NCBI GenBank assembly: GCA_031426355.1
Contig: JANPLD010000045.1
Span: 11,121 to 75,120 of the forward strand
Source: Alphaproteobacteria bacterium
GTDB lineage: Bacteria; Pseudomonadota; Alphaproteobacteria; Rickettsiales; UBA8987
Direction: 5' to 3'
DNA length: 64,000 nt
Shown here piece after piece: positions 52,199-62,338 of the stretch (its first letter is position 1; the number at the start of each line of letters is the position of its first letter). Below the pieces are notes generated by a model. That model was not told the DNA's origin. It worked only from the letters and a program-made list of their open reading frames with translations, and searched no databases. The translations under genes and the position numbers were made by a program.

Positions 52199-52237
52199 CT
52201 ATTATAGCTAAATGATGTAATATAACCTAATACTTAT

Positions 52238-54139
52238 ATGACCCGCAATAACTCAAGCATTAAATCTAACGAATCTTCTATAAAAGCAGATTCTACAAAA
52301 AAAGTTGATGAGTCAGAATTAAAATCAAGTAGCTGTTATAATAATATAAGTGTTAACTCTACTATCAGACCGGCCAATAATGCAGCAGTTACTGACCCTA
52401 TGGTTAATAAATCCAGTGAGACAACTGCTCAAGTGGCAAAAGTTGCATCGCAACTAACATCTCAGCCTTTAATTCCTTTGGCGCATGCAAATCAAGCTTT
52501 AGGTGGAGTATCTGCGCAACAAGTTGTAAATTCTAATGCAACAATATCTGCGGCTGCAATACAATCTACCAGTGCAGCAGCGATTGTAGCTTCTGCAGTA
52601 ATGGATAATATAAGAAGTATTACCGATGAGATCAAAAAAACTATAAATGATTATAATACAGCTATATCAAGTCTTGGAAGTTCAAACTCTTCAGCAAATA
52701 CACTTGATAATATTTCTGCAAGTTTTAAATCTTTATTAAGTGATCTACTTACAGATTTTTCTAAATCATTAACTAGTACGGTTGAAACCAAAGCTGATGA
52801 TGCGGTCCAGGATTCCTCTGACCCAACAGATTCTACTGTAACTCCCCCGGATAATCATGAGGGAAGTAATTCTACAGATGATTCTTCAGGTGGAACAGAA
52901 CAGCCTCCGGCCTCAACACCTGCAGATCCAGCACCTATTGTTCCTCCTGTAACTAATCCCCCAGCTTCCGAGGAAGAGGAAGATACAACTCCAATATTTA
53001 ATCCTCCCTCACAAGATAACAATTCTACTGAAACTCCAGTATCAAATCCTCCTACATCTGTAAATGATGCTCAAGCCGCGGTAGATCAGGAAGTTCTAGC
53101 TCAATACTTACAAAAAGAGGAAATTAGATATAGTGAAAATGGTAACCCTGCTTTCTTGGGAAATAGCGATCTTCTTTCTAAGCTTGGTATTATTGAGTTT
53201 TATAAAACAGTAGATAATTCCGGTAATGGCGAAGATACTATTAACGATCCAGGTAATGAGGTTTGGAAAATTATGGATGATTGGACAAATCAAGGCATAG
53301 TAATTAAGCTGAACATACCTGCTTCCGAGATAGCTTCTTTAAAACTCGTCGATTATCAGCTTTATAATTCCGGTGCTGAAAAGATAGATATTAATTATCA
53401 GGTTGTACAATATCAGGGTGCTAATTATTTATATATTCCTAATGAGAAAACTGCAGGCTTATCTAATCTTTTAGGCAGTGCAGAAAGCGCCTTCCTTAAA
53501 TTCCAATATGGTACTGGTGATAGCGCCAAAGCAATAGGTGTTGAAGTGGTTGGTATTGCTGCCCTTTGTGAAGGTAGCGTATTCAGGGTACCAGATAAAG
53601 CTACCGTTAACACGGATGGAATACAGCATGTTTATCTTACTTCAAATGATGCAGTTACATCAGGTGTAAGTACTATAGCTGTTGTTACAAACTTTAAAGT
53701 ATATGATATCAATGGAGCTTTATTAAAAGATTTCGGTTCTGCAATACCTGCATTTGCTAAAATTTCAGCCGATGGTTTAAGCTTGGATATTGATCCTACA
53801 AAAGGAGAAATGCCTGGCTGGATAAACCAGAAAGAAATAGTTACAATAAAATTTAATTATGCTGATGATTTATTATCACATGATACCAGAACAACTGGTC
53901 AAATAGATGTGGTGAAAACGGAAGTTTACAACCAGATGATTAAAGAAGTTATCCATGGCTCAGCCTCTGAAGATGGTGTGTTAAGTGATGAGGTAAATAC
54001 AGCTGCATTTCATCTTTCTTCGGATTCTAACCCCGTAGTAGGAATTTCCCATGATAATTCCGTAGCGGAGCATGTAGTTGATACATTCTCATATGACCAT
54101 GTTGATATACCTCAGTATGAGCCATATATAATTATGTAA
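52238..54139 (+). CDS. Hypothetical protein with S/A-rich N-terminus, Pro-rich linker and Ig/cadherin-like repeats
   Basis: ISADGLSLDIDPT...IVTIKFNY resembles VCBS/cadherin-like modules; no clear signal peptide. Confidence 0.55.
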   Translation: MTRNNSSIKSNESSIKADSTKKVDESELKSSSCYNNISVNSTIRPANNAAVTDPMVNKSSETTAQVAKVASQLTSQPLIPLAHANQALGGVSAQQVVNSNATISAAAIQSTSAAAIVASAVMDNIRSITDEIKKTINDYNTAISSLGSSNSSANTLDNISASFKSLLSDLLTDFSKSLTSTVETKADDAVQDSSDPTDSTVTPPDNHEGSNSTDDSSGGTEQPPASTPADPAPIVPPVTNPPASEEEEDTTPIFNPPSQDNNSTETPVSNPPTSVNDAQAAVDQEVLAQYLQKEEIRYSENGNPAFLGNSDLLSKLGIIEFYKTVDNSGNGEDTINDPGNEVWKIMDDWTNQGIVIKLNIPASEIASLKLVDYQLYNSGAEKIDINYQVVQYQGANYLYIPNEKTAGLSNLLGSAESAFLKFQYGTGDSAKAIGVEVVGIAALCEGSVFRVPDKATVNTDGIQHVYLTSNDAVTSGVSTIAVVTNFKVYDINGALLKDFGSAIPAFAKISADGLSLDIDPTKGEMPGWINQKEIVTIKFNYADDLLSHDTRTTGQIDVVKTEVYNQMIKEVIHGSASEDGVLSDEVNTAAFHLSSDSNPVVGISHDNSVAEHVVDTFSYDHVDIPQYEPYIIM

Positions 54140-54164
54140 TTTAAAAAAATTTCTCCCAGAAAGG

Positions 54165-54196
54165 AAAAGCCCAACCATTTGGCGGGGCTTTTTTCT
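54165..54196. terminator. Terminator between convergent genes
   Basis: AAAAGCCC...GGGGCTTTTTT. Confidence 0.75.
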
Positions 54197-54217
54197 TTGA
54201 GTGGTATAGTTGTAAAA

Positions 54218-54514
54218 TTAGCTTTCTTTCTGTTTTGAAAGAACTTTAACCATCTTTTTCTTTTCAGAATCCCACCTGTATTGCGTAACTATAACTTTTG
54301 TTCCGGTAGTTATTATATCACCATTTTCCATATGGATAACATCATAACCTTTTTGTAAAGATTCCTTTATTATCTCCTGGCATGAATCAATATAGAATTC
54401 ATCCTGCATAAACTGTTCAGATTCGCCTTTGCCTTTGGTTTTAGGCAAATTACTTACCATATCTTTAATTGAATCAACCATCTTTCTTTCCTCCATTATT
54501 TTTTCTGAAAGCAT
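54218..54514 (-). CDS. DUF2671-like protein
   Basis: LQKGYDVIHMENGDIITT...QYRWDSEKKKM resembles the Rickettsiales DUF2671 family (from memory). Confidence 0.65.
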   Translation of the reverse strand: MLSEKIMEERKMVDSIKDMVSNLPKTKGKGESEQFMQDEFYIDSCQEIIKESLQKGYDVIHMENGDIITTGTKVIVTQYRWDSEKKKMVKVLSKQKES

Positions 54515-54992
54515 CTAATGCCACAACATTAGATCCACTTTTCTTATTGCCGTCTTTAGTTATTTTGCCAGATTTCTTAGGCGTTTTACTTGAGGAGTTT
54601 TTGCTCTTAGGTTCATCTTCCTTCGCCTCTTCAATTATTATAGTATTGAATTGCAGGCCAAATTTAACGCTTGGATCAACAAATGATACTAAGGCAGAAA
54701 AAGGAACTGTAAGATTCTGTTTTACATGATCAAAGCTGAGCACCAGTGAAAAATAAAGCTCTTCAACTTCCAGATCAAAGAACTGGTGTTGGATAACTAT
54801 CGTCATTTCCTTGGGATATCTTTTGCGAAGCTCATCAGACATCATCACGCCTTGTGCTTCAGTTTTAAAAGTAATGAAAAAATGATGTTCGCCCGGCAGG
54901 CCTATCTTCTGGATTTCCAGCAAAACATTGCGCACTACATCGTGCATCGCTTTATCAATAAGTTTTGCGTAATCTATGTAATTCTCAGTCAT
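54474..54992 (-). CDS. sspB: SspB-family ClpXP specificity factor (alpha type)
   Basis: GLPGEHHFFITF, YPKEMTIVIQHQF, FVDPSVKFGLQF, NVVALDAFRK. Confidence 0.92.
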   Translation of the reverse strand: MTENYIDYAKLIDKAMHDVVRNVLLEIQKIGLPGEHHFFITFKTEAQGVMMSDELRKRYPKEMTIVIQHQFFDLEVEELYFSLVLSFDHVKQNLTVPFSALVSFVDPSVKFGLQFNTIIIEEAKEDEPKSKNSSSKTPKKSGKITKDGNKKSGSNVVALDAFRKNNGGKKDG

Positions 54993-55090
54993 TCTAAGAT
55001 TTTTTATTATGTCGTGTTTATTAGATTTTAATTACTAAGACAAGGCCTTCTTTTTTATGAATCTATTGCATCAATATAATAGGTGGATTT

Positions 55091-56002
55091 TTATAGCCCC
55101 ACTAATCCATTTGCAAAATCCTGTGGATCAAAATTCCTAAGGTCATCAATTTTCTCCCCAACCCCTACGGCATAGATTGGCAATTTAAATTTATCTGCAA
55201 GTGCTACCACTACACCTCCTTTTGCCGAGCCATCAAGTTTTGTTACTATAAGGCCAGTTATTTTTGCAACTTCACTGAAGGTTTCTGCCTGTGAAACTGC
55301 ATTTTGGCCGGTAGTTGCATCTAAAACCAATATCGTATGATGGGGCAGGGTCTCATTATGTTTTTTTAAAACTCTGGATATTTTTGCCAGCTCCTCCATC
55401 AGCTGTTTTTTATTTTGTAATCTTCCCGCAGTATCAATTAGCAGAACATCAACATTTTGTTTTATTGCTTCCTCGTAAGCCTGGAAAGCAACGCTTGCCG
55501 GATCCTGATTTTCTTTCCCCGAAAAAAATATTGCGCCACTTCTTTCCGCCCATTTTTGTAATTGCTCCACTGCTGCCGCACGGAAGGTATCACAAGCCGC
55601 TATAACGATTTTCTTATTTTCTGATATATACTTTGATGCAATTTTTCCAATGGAAGTAGTTTTGCCAGTGCCATTCACACCCACAAACATTATGCAGAGC
55701 GGTTTTTCAATTATTTCAATATCAAGTGAACCTGTGCACGGCTTTAATATCAGGTTTATCTCTTCAGCTAAACTTTCCTTTATCTCCTCTTCGCTTATTT
55801 CTTTATCAAACTTTTTTGCCTTAAGCCCCTTTATTATTTTCGCAGATGTGGCAACTCCAAGGTCAGAAGTAATAAGCAGCCCTTCCAGTTCTATAAGAGT
55901 ATCTTCATCAAGGGTCTTCTTGGTAAATATCCCCGTTATACCATTGCTTATAGAGTTAGCGGATTTGCTTAAACTTTCTTTTATTCTGGAAAAGAATTTC
56001 AT
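55091..56002 (-). CDS. ftsY: Signal recognition particle receptor FtsY
   Basis: GVNGTGKTTSIGK, DTFRAAA, DTAGRLQ, TKLDGSAKGG. Confidence 0.96.
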   Translation of the reverse strand: MKFFSRIKESLSKSANSISNGITGIFTKKTLDEDTLIELEGLLITSDLGVATSAKIIKGLKAKKFDKEISEEEIKESLAEEINLILKPCTGSLDIEIIEKPLCIMFVGVNGTGKTTSIGKIASKYISENKKIVIAACDTFRAAAVEQLQKWAERSGAIFFSGKENQDPASVAFQAYEEAIKQNVDVLLIDTAGRLQNKKQLMEELAKISRVLKKHNETLPHHTILVLDATTGQNAVSQAETFSEVAKITGLIVTKLDGSAKGGVVVALADKFKLPIYAVGVGEKIDDLRNFDPQDFANGLVGL

Positions 56003-56003
56003 T

Positions 56004-56627
56004 CTATTGATTCATATTTATTTCTAAAAACTTTTTTAAATCATTAAAGGCTTTTGCCCGGTGTGATATCGAATGTTTGAATTCCGGCTCCATCTCAGCA
56101 AAAGTTTTATCATAAGTGTTCGGTATGAATATAGCATCATAACCAAATCCTTTATCACCTTTTGGTGGAAATGTTAATTTTCCAAAAACCTTTCCTTCAA
56201 ATATCTCATATTTACCATCAGGAAAATATAAGCATAAAGCACAAACAAAATAAGCTTTAGGCATTCTATTTATATCAACATTTCTTGTTGGCACATCATT
56301 TTCATTAAGTGCGTCTTCAACTCTTTTCATGGCAAGATTAAAATCTTTTCTCTCTCCAGCCCACCTTGCAGAATAGATCCCTGGAGATCCATCTAGTTCA
56401 TCAACGCATATTCCAGAATCATCGGACATGCATATAAAGCCAGTTTTCTCGGAATAATATTTTGCCTTAATAAGTGCATTTTCTTTAAAGGTTGACCCCG
56501 TTTCCTCAGGTTCCGGATAATCATATTCGCCAGCAGAGATAACCTTTTCTATGCCGTAGGGCTTAAGCAATTCTCTTATTTCCTTAACTTTTCCGCTATT
56601 ATTGCTCGCTATCAGTATTTCCTTCAT
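56004..56627 (-). CDS. rdgB: Non-canonical purine NTP pyrophosphatase
   Basis: ASNNSGK, ENALIKA, DDSG, PGIYSARW, GFGYD, SHRAKA. Confidence 0.94.
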   Translation of the reverse strand: MKEILIASNNSGKVKEIRELLKPYGIEKVISAGEYDYPEPEETGSTFKENALIKAKYYSEKTGFICMSDDSGICVDELDGSPGIYSARWAGERKDFNLAMKRVEDALNENDVPTRNVDINRMPKAYFVCALCLYFPDGKYEIFEGKVFGKLTFPPKGDKGFGYDAIFIPNTYDKTFAEMEPEFKHSISHRAKAFNDLKKFLEINMNQ

Positions 56628-56917
56628 TCAAACCTGTTTATTGATTCTACTATAATAATTTGTATTAAGAGTTATCTGCGAAGCTTGTTTTACCTATTGG
56701 AAACTTGCGGAAACACAAGCAAAATGAGCTAATTTGACTATAAGTGTAATTTTAGCTTGAATCTTTGGCGGAAATTACTATTTTCCGAACTTCCTAGCGA
56801 TATTATGATAGTATTAGTTTTGATATTGTCATATTTTTGATAGTTTTTTAACTTAAGTTTCTTTGTGTTTTGATCATCTGGTCAGCTCTTAAATTAACAA
56901 AAGTTTCAAACTAATTT

Positions 56918-56992
56918 GGCCCCGTTGTCTAGCGGTTAGGACATCGCCCTTTCACGGCGGTAGCACGAGTTCGAATCTCGTCGGGGTCACCA
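56918..56992 (+). tRNA. tRNA-Glu(TTC)
   Basis: GGCCCCG/CGGGGTC acceptor, anticodon arm TCGCC-CTTTCAC-GGCGG, TTCGAAT loop, CCA. Confidence 0.93.
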
Positions 56993-57105
56993 TTTCACTG
57001 TTCACACAAATTCATAATTGTTCGCCAAAGCTTTGCACATAAAGGCTTTCAAGCCGTTTAGTGTTCATCGTAATTCGTAGGCACTCACCCAAAATCGCAA
57101 AAAAT

Positions 57106-57157
57106 TGTGGTATATTTGGTGGCATGAAAAAAAATGCCGTAAAAATATGCCACCAAT
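57106..57157. repeat. Integrase arm-type repeats
   Basis: TGTGGTAT, TTGGTGGCAT and inverted ATGCCACCAA between tRNA and integrase. Confidence 0.65.
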
Positions 57158-57318
57158 TTCAGCATATAGAAAAATTCTTTTATTAAGCCCTTGATTAAGA
57201 TGCCCAAAAAATATATACTTTTTTGTGTAACCATTTGAATTTACACGCTATTTTGTTCATAGGCGTTCATATTTGTTCATGTATGACCGTTTTATTAAAA
57301 ACAAATAAGGAGAATAAT

Positions 57319-58527
57319 ATGAAATATAATCGACTTACACATATTGAGGTAAAAAATGCCAAGCCAGAAGATAAAGACTATAAAATATCTGATGGTAATA
57401 ACCTGTATCTATACGTTATGAGTTCAGGCAGCAAGATCTGGAGGCTCAACTATAGTTTGGATAATAAAAGGAGGCAGGTTCCATTAGGAAAATATCCTGT
57501 TGTCAGTCTTGCGGATGCCAGAGAAAAAACTTTAGAGATTCAGAAATTAGTTAATGATGGAATTGATCCTGTAGATAATAAAAGAAAGGAGAGGCTGGAC
57601 AGGCAGCTTAGCCATGAGAATAACTTTGAAGCCATAGCTAAAGAGTGGCATAAGAACAAAAAACATACATGGCAGCCTAAACATGCCGACGTAATATTAA
57701 ACAGGTTATCAACAAATATATTCCCTATTATTGGCAAAAGGCCGATCAATGAAATAAAGCCTGTTGAGTTGCTGCACGCCATCAGACCTATAGAGGAAGC
57801 TGGTAAACATGAAATGGCGCATAGAATGTTGCAGACGGTAGGGCAGATACTTCGTTATGCTGTAGCATCAGGCAGAACAGACAGAGATGTCTCACAGGAC
57901 TTAAAAGGCGCATTAAAGCCTGTTGTAAGCAAAAACTACGCACATCTTAAAGAGTCGCAACTCTCAGAATTCATCCATAAGCTGAACAGATATGATTCTG
58001 AGTATAAAGGCAATTTATTAACTAAGCATGGCTTCCAGTTGCTTATATTAACATTTGTAAGAGGTGGTGAACTGCGCGGTGCTAAATGGGAAGAATTTGA
58101 TTTTGATAAAAAACAATGGCGCATACCTGCTGAAAGAATGAAAATGAATGAACAGCATATTGTTCCTCTATCTAATCAAAGCATTACCCTGCTTAAGAAA
58201 ATTCATAAGATAACAGGTAATAGCTATGGTAACTTAGTTTTCCCAAGTTTCAAAAACCCCAGAAAGACTCTGAGCGAAAATACTTTTCTAAGAGCCATTG
58301 ATATAATGGGATATAAGGGAATAACTACAGGTCATGGCTTCCGTTCAACGGCATCTACTATTTTAAATGAAAATGGTTTCAGGGCGGATATTATTGAAAG
58401 GCAGTTAGCCCATTGTGAACGTGATCAGGTTCGTGCCGCTTATAACCACGCTCAATATTTACCGGAACGCACACAGATGATGCAATGGTGGGCAGATCAT
58501 CTGGAGAAAACCGGGATGAAAGTTTGA
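57319..58527 (+). CDS. P4-family tyrosine integrase with N-terminal arm-binding domain
   Basis: DGNNLYLYV...KIWRLNY, LGKYP.VSLADAR, TFVRGGELRGA, HGFRSTAST, QLAH, AAYNHAQY; AAGGAG before ATG 57319. Confidence 0.95.
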   Translation: MKYNRLTHIEVKNAKPEDKDYKISDGNNLYLYVMSSGSKIWRLNYSLDNKRRQVPLGKYPVVSLADAREKTLEIQKLVNDGIDPVDNKRKERLDRQLSHENNFEAIAKEWHKNKKHTWQPKHADVILNRLSTNIFPIIGKRPINEIKPVELLHAIRPIEEAGKHEMAHRMLQTVGQILRYAVASGRTDRDVSQDLKGALKPVVSKNYAHLKESQLSEFIHKLNRYDSEYKGNLLTKHGFQLLILTFVRGGELRGAKWEEFDFDKKQWRIPAERMKMNEQHIVPLSNQSITLLKKIHKITGNSYGNLVFPSFKNPRKTLSENTFLRAIDIMGYKGITTGHGFRSTASTILNENGFRADIIERQLAHCERDQVRAAYNHAQYLPERTQMMQWWADHLEKTGMKV

Positions 58528-58566
58528 TATGTTAGGTTTAAGATTAATTAAAATGTGTGAGGGAAA

Positions 58567-59436
58567 ATGAGCAAAAAAACAATTCATGAAAGTTTTTATA
58601 AGTGGACAGATAAACAATATCTTAAACATATATCAGAAGAAACCGTTGATAAGGTTCTTCAAGACTTAAAACTTAATCCTGATGAGATAGTTTTAAAAAA
58701 AGACAAAGAAGCAAAAAGCCGTAATGAGACTGAAACATTAAAGAATCAGGTTTGGAGTTTTCTAGCCACGATCATTGGGGCATTTGGTAATAAATCTGAC
58801 ACTGAAATTGGCATTAATGCACAAAATTTATGCGGCATATCGGAGGGAATCGAAAGGGAATTATCTAGTATTATCCGTACCCTTAGAAAATTAGAGTATG
58901 AAAATTTATATTCTAACAACTCTTCATCACCGGAATTTAAAATAGCTAATAAAATAAGAGAAGCTTCCCATAAAAAAGTTTCAAAAAAATATAAGCCTGC
59001 ATCTGATAATATCAAAATACAAGAATATGAGAAAAACGGATATTGGGGTAAATATTGCCCTTTTGATAAAGAACTTCCCGTAGTGTTAGAGTTGCTTGAG
59101 AAAATAAATCTCTATGTAAAAAATGCCAATAAAGAGTTTTCTATGGAAATTTTTGGCCAAGGACGGAATAAAAAATCAAAAGATGATCATGACAACCTGA
59201 TATACGGAATATGCCTATTTTACAAACAATATACAAAAAAAGCTCCAAAAGTTAGTAACTCAGGATCCAGTACGGAAACTAGGGTAATAAAAGGTGATAT
59301 AATAAATTTACTGCAAACAATTCTGCCTAACACTGGTTATAATGGATCAGTTAGCAACGCCGCGTTGGAAAAGAAGATTAAACGTATGAAAAAAGACGAT
59401 ATTTATAAAGATCTTTGGAAAGATGATAAAAAATAA
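58567..59436 (+). CDS. Hypothetical protein
   Basis: 289 aa ORF, no recognised motif. Confidence 0.6.
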   Translation: MSKKTIHESFYKWTDKQYLKHISEETVDKVLQDLKLNPDEIVLKKDKEAKSRNETETLKNQVWSFLATIIGAFGNKSDTEIGINAQNLCGISEGIERELSSIIRTLRKLEYENLYSNNSSSPEFKIANKIREASHKKVSKKYKPASDNIKIQEYEKNGYWGKYCPFDKELPVVLELLEKINLYVKNANKEFSMEIFGQGRNKKSKDDHDNLIYGICLFYKQYTKKAPKVSNSGSSTETRVIKGDIINLLQTILPNTGYNGSVSNAALEKKIKRMKKDDIYKDLWKDDKK

Positions 59437-59561
59437 TTTTAGGGACAGTAAATATAAAAAAAATATCTTTTAGTGTCGGGTTAGTAAGCAAGCCGCAATT
59501 ATAATATCTTCTATTGGTAGCAACGATTTAGCTATTTTAACCAACCAATAGGAGAATAAAA

Positions 59562-59774
59562 ATGACTGATATATCTAACCAAATATCATATACCTTAAAA
59601 GAAGTATGTGACAAGGCCCGATTAGGGAAAACCAAGCTTTACGAAGTTATCAACTCAGGAGAATTGAAAGCCAAGAAATGGGGAAATAGAACCATTATTC
59701 TTGCGTCTGACCTAGAGGCCTTCCTTTCCAAGCTGGAATCTTACCCTGTTAAGACGGAGGTAAGCCATGCGTAA
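59562..59774 (+). CDS. AlpA/excisionase-like HTH protein
   Basis: YTLKEVCDKARLGKTKLYEVINSGELKAKKWGNRTII; AGGAG RBS. Confidence 0.88.
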   Translation: MTDISNQISYTLKEVCDKARLGKTKLYEVINSGELKAKKWGNRTIILASDLEAFLSKLESYPVKTEVSHA

Positions 59775-60135
59775 TATAGAATCTAAAAACAATATTCTGT
59801 CTTTTAATAGAAAGAAGAAAAGTGATCCTAAAAAAGTCATAAAGAAAAAAAACGAATCAATTAAAAAAATTGATTTCAATACTGGTAAACTTTTTACTCT
59901 TGGGGAAGTCCTATTACCTAATCTTGAAGAATTAGGTAATGCAAGGGGTTCACTACCTAATCAACCTGAAAAGTTTGCTATACGTATCAAGATTCAAGAC
60001 AAAATGGATGATATCTTACAGCGTCAGTTTGATAAGCTTAATTGTTCTGGGCCTTATGTTACATTTGATATAGACAAACTACCCCGTCCCGAAAGCCTGC
60101 CAAAGAAGAAAAAGAATGAGGAAGATCATGTCTAA
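59767..60135 (+). CDS. Hypothetical protein
   Basis: 122 aa; overlaps neighbours on both sides. Confidence 0.5.
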   Translation: MRNIESKNNILSFNRKKKSDPKKVIKKKNESIKKIDFNTGKLFTLGEVLLPNLEELGNARGSLPNQPEKFAIRIKIQDKMDDILQRQFDKLNCSGPYVTFDIDKLPRPESLPKKKKNEEDHV

Positions 60136-60280
60136 TATTGAATCTACAATCACTATTTTAACTCTTAATCGCAAGGATAGAAGGGCAACTAAGAAGTTTA
60201 GAAAACAAAATGACGGCTCTATAGAAAAACTCCCATTCTCTGCAGGGATAAAGTATTGGTTACAAAATCATCTATCTTAA
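60128..60280 (+). pseudogene. Possible N-terminal stub of a replicase/primase-polymerase-like gene
   Basis: MSNIESTITILTLNRKDRRATKKFRKQNDGSIEKLPF; coupled to the previous gene and colliding with the 3' end of the endonuclease. Confidence 0.35.
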
Positions 60281-61190
60281 ACAGATAAAAATTAAAGTTT
60301 AATGGAGCAGAATATTCTGGTCCACTTGCTTGATACCCCTCAATAAACAACATTTTACTTAAACTATTGTCCTGAGCTTTTTGTATGGCGTGCGAAATAT
60401 CGTGCTCACTATATTTTTTATCTTTAATTTCAACTCCAAAAATATTCAAATCATCAGCTGTAATATCAATATCACAAATCTCCCTTGAAGATGAACCGGC
60501 CTGATTGCTTGGATGTACAACAATCTTTATATTTGGCTGCACCGAATATAAAGCTTTAAGCAAAGCACCAACAACTATAGTTGAAGTCTCTCCTTCCAGA
60601 GATTTAGACAAAAATTTATTTATTAGGATTTTTATTTCATTAGAGTTATCTACGCTACCAACACCTACTGAAGTTTCTCTAAAAGAACTGCGTGCTGGTC
60701 GGTTTAATATATAAAAGATACAATCTTTAAGAGCCTGCAAAGCATTCTTCTCGGAGATATTTTCAAAAACTTTAATCACATTATTTAAAGCTTTCAAATC
60801 CTCACCCTTTCTTACAGCATTATTGTTAGATAAATGTGTAAATCGTGCAGGTTTATTTAAAAATGGCTCATTAGATCCGCCTAATTTCTTTTCAAAAAGA
60901 TCTGTTTCATTAGGAACAATAACCTTATGACATAGGCTTCTAGCATCATAAGCACCTTCTAATGGTGCCCCAGCCTGTAATGAAAGAGGATTAACTTTTG
61001 GATTAGAAACTTTTGCTAATAAACCGGTTACTAAAATATATCTGAAAGTAAGATGGTTACCTTTTATAACTGCTGCAATTTCTTCGTGATTTTCTGAAGA
61101 AGGCTTATATAGCTTTAGTTCATAAGAAACATCTTTAACTGCTTCTTTTAAGATATTCAGAGCAACTTTATAATCAACTTTTTGTATCAT
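60219..61190 (-). CDS. SacI-family type II restriction endonuclease
   Basis: YILVTGLLAK, DARSLCHKVIVP, LGGSNEPFLNKPAR, SSREICDID, VEIKDK. Confidence 0.82.
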   Translation of the reverse strand: MIQKVDYKVALNILKEAVKDVSYELKLYKPSSENHEEIAAVIKGNHLTFRYILVTGLLAKVSNPKVNPLSLQAGAPLEGAYDARSLCHKVIVPNETDLFEKKLGGSNEPFLNKPARFTHLSNNNAVRKGEDLKALNNVIKVFENISEKNALQALKDCIFYILNRPARSSFRETSVGVGSVDNSNEIKILINKFLSKSLEGETSTIVVGALLKALYSVQPNIKIVVHPSNQAGSSSREICDIDITADDLNIFGVEIKDKKYSEHDISHAIQKAQDNSLSKMLFIEGYQASGPEYSAPLNFNFYLFKIDDFVTNTLSLQRMGVFL

Positions 61191-61267
61191 TTTAGATTAA
61201 AGTTTTTAATTTAGAAAAAAACGCGTTATAGTTCCTTTATGAGAAGATACAGGTTTTACAGGTAACT

Positions 61268-62338
61268 ATGCAAGCAATATCACTTTTTTCTGGTGCCGGA
61301 GGAATGGACATTGGCTTTAAAAGAGCTGAGTTTGATACTGTCTGGGCCAATGATTTTGATTCCATAGCTTGCGAAACGTTTGAAGCTAACGACTTAGGTA
61401 AAATTGAATGCGGCGACTTTAAGCTACTGCTACCTCAATTGAAAAGATTTCAAGGTATAGATTTAATTTTTGGCGGCCCTCCTTGCCAAGGCTTTTCAGT
61501 AGCCGGAAAAATGGATCCTAACGATGAAAGAAGTAGCTTAATAAATAGTTTCATTTCAGCTGTCGATATCGTTCGTCCACAAGCTTTTGTAATGGAGAAT
61601 GTTAAAGCATTAGCTACTCTGTCGAGGTGGGAGGAATTAAGAAAAGATATTATTAAACGTTTAGTAAGATTAGATTACTCAGTAGATTTATTAGTATTAA
61701 ATGCCACTGAATTTGGTGTTCCTCAAAAAAGAGAAAGAATGTTCCTTATAGGCTTCTTGAATAAATCTGCTTCATTGACACTTAATTCGACTATCCTAAA
61801 ACAGAGAAATAAAGCTATAACTGTTAGAGAAGCATTAAGCCATTTAGGACCTGCTGGATCTCCAACAAATCCAAGAATATGTACCGCAGTAATTACTTTA
61901 GCTGCAAAGCCCATTATGCGTAAGTCACCTTATGCCGGAATGATTTTTAATGGAGCTGGCAGACCAATTGATATTGATGGGTACGCATTAACTTTGCCCG
62001 CATCCATGGGAGGAAATAAAACTCCAATTATAGACGAAAAAGTACTGCAAGATCCTAAGGCACATAATTGGATTGAAGAATACCACAGTTATCTCAAAGG
62101 AGGCGGCACTCCATATGACTGGAAATCTACACCAGAACACTTACGTCGCATGACTGTAGACGAAGCCTTAGCTTTGCAGACTTTCCCAAGAGATTTCATA
62201 TTAACAGGAAAGAAAAGTGCCTGGTACCGAATGATTGGTAATGCTGTCCCTTGTAACCTAGCTTATTCCGTTGCCACAGCAGTGCGTGAATGTTTAGTAA
62301 GTTCAAGAGTAATATATAAACAAGACCAAGCAGCTTAA
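61268..62338 (+). CDS. DNA (cytosine-5)-methyltransferase
   Basis: FSGAGG, GGPPCQGFS, ENV, QKRERMF, IGNAVP. Confidence 0.95.
   Translation: MQAISLFSGAGGMDIGFKRAEFDTVWANDFDSIACETFEANDLGKIECGDFKLLLPQLKRFQGIDLIFGGPPCQGFSVAGKMDPNDERSSLINSFISAVDIVRPQAFVMENVKALATLSRWEELRKDIIKRLVRLDYSVDLLVLNATEFGVPQKRERMFLIGFLNKSASLTLNSTILKQRNKAITVREALSHLGPAGSPTNPRICTAVITLAAKPIMRKSPYAGMIFNGAGRPIDIDGYALTLPASMGGNKTPIIDEKVLQDPKAHNWIEEYHSYLKGGGTPYDWKSTPEHLRRMTVDEALALQTFPRDFILTGKKSAWYRMIGNAVPCNLAYSVATAVRECLVSSRVIYKQDQAA

Larger units (their letters stand above)
56993..62338. mobile_element. P4-like/satellite-type island remnant at tRNA-Glu (right end not seen)
   Basis: tRNA, integrase, hypothetical, AlpA/Xis, truncated replicase-like ORF, R-M cargo; no attR repeat found. 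Confidence 0.75.

Noticed and set aside
57319-58527. This integrase as the recombinase of the tRNA-Arg array
   Set aside because: It sits at tRNA-Glu with its own TGGTGGCAT-type arm repeats, and its C-terminus differs from the relics in the array; action in trans is unlikely but untested
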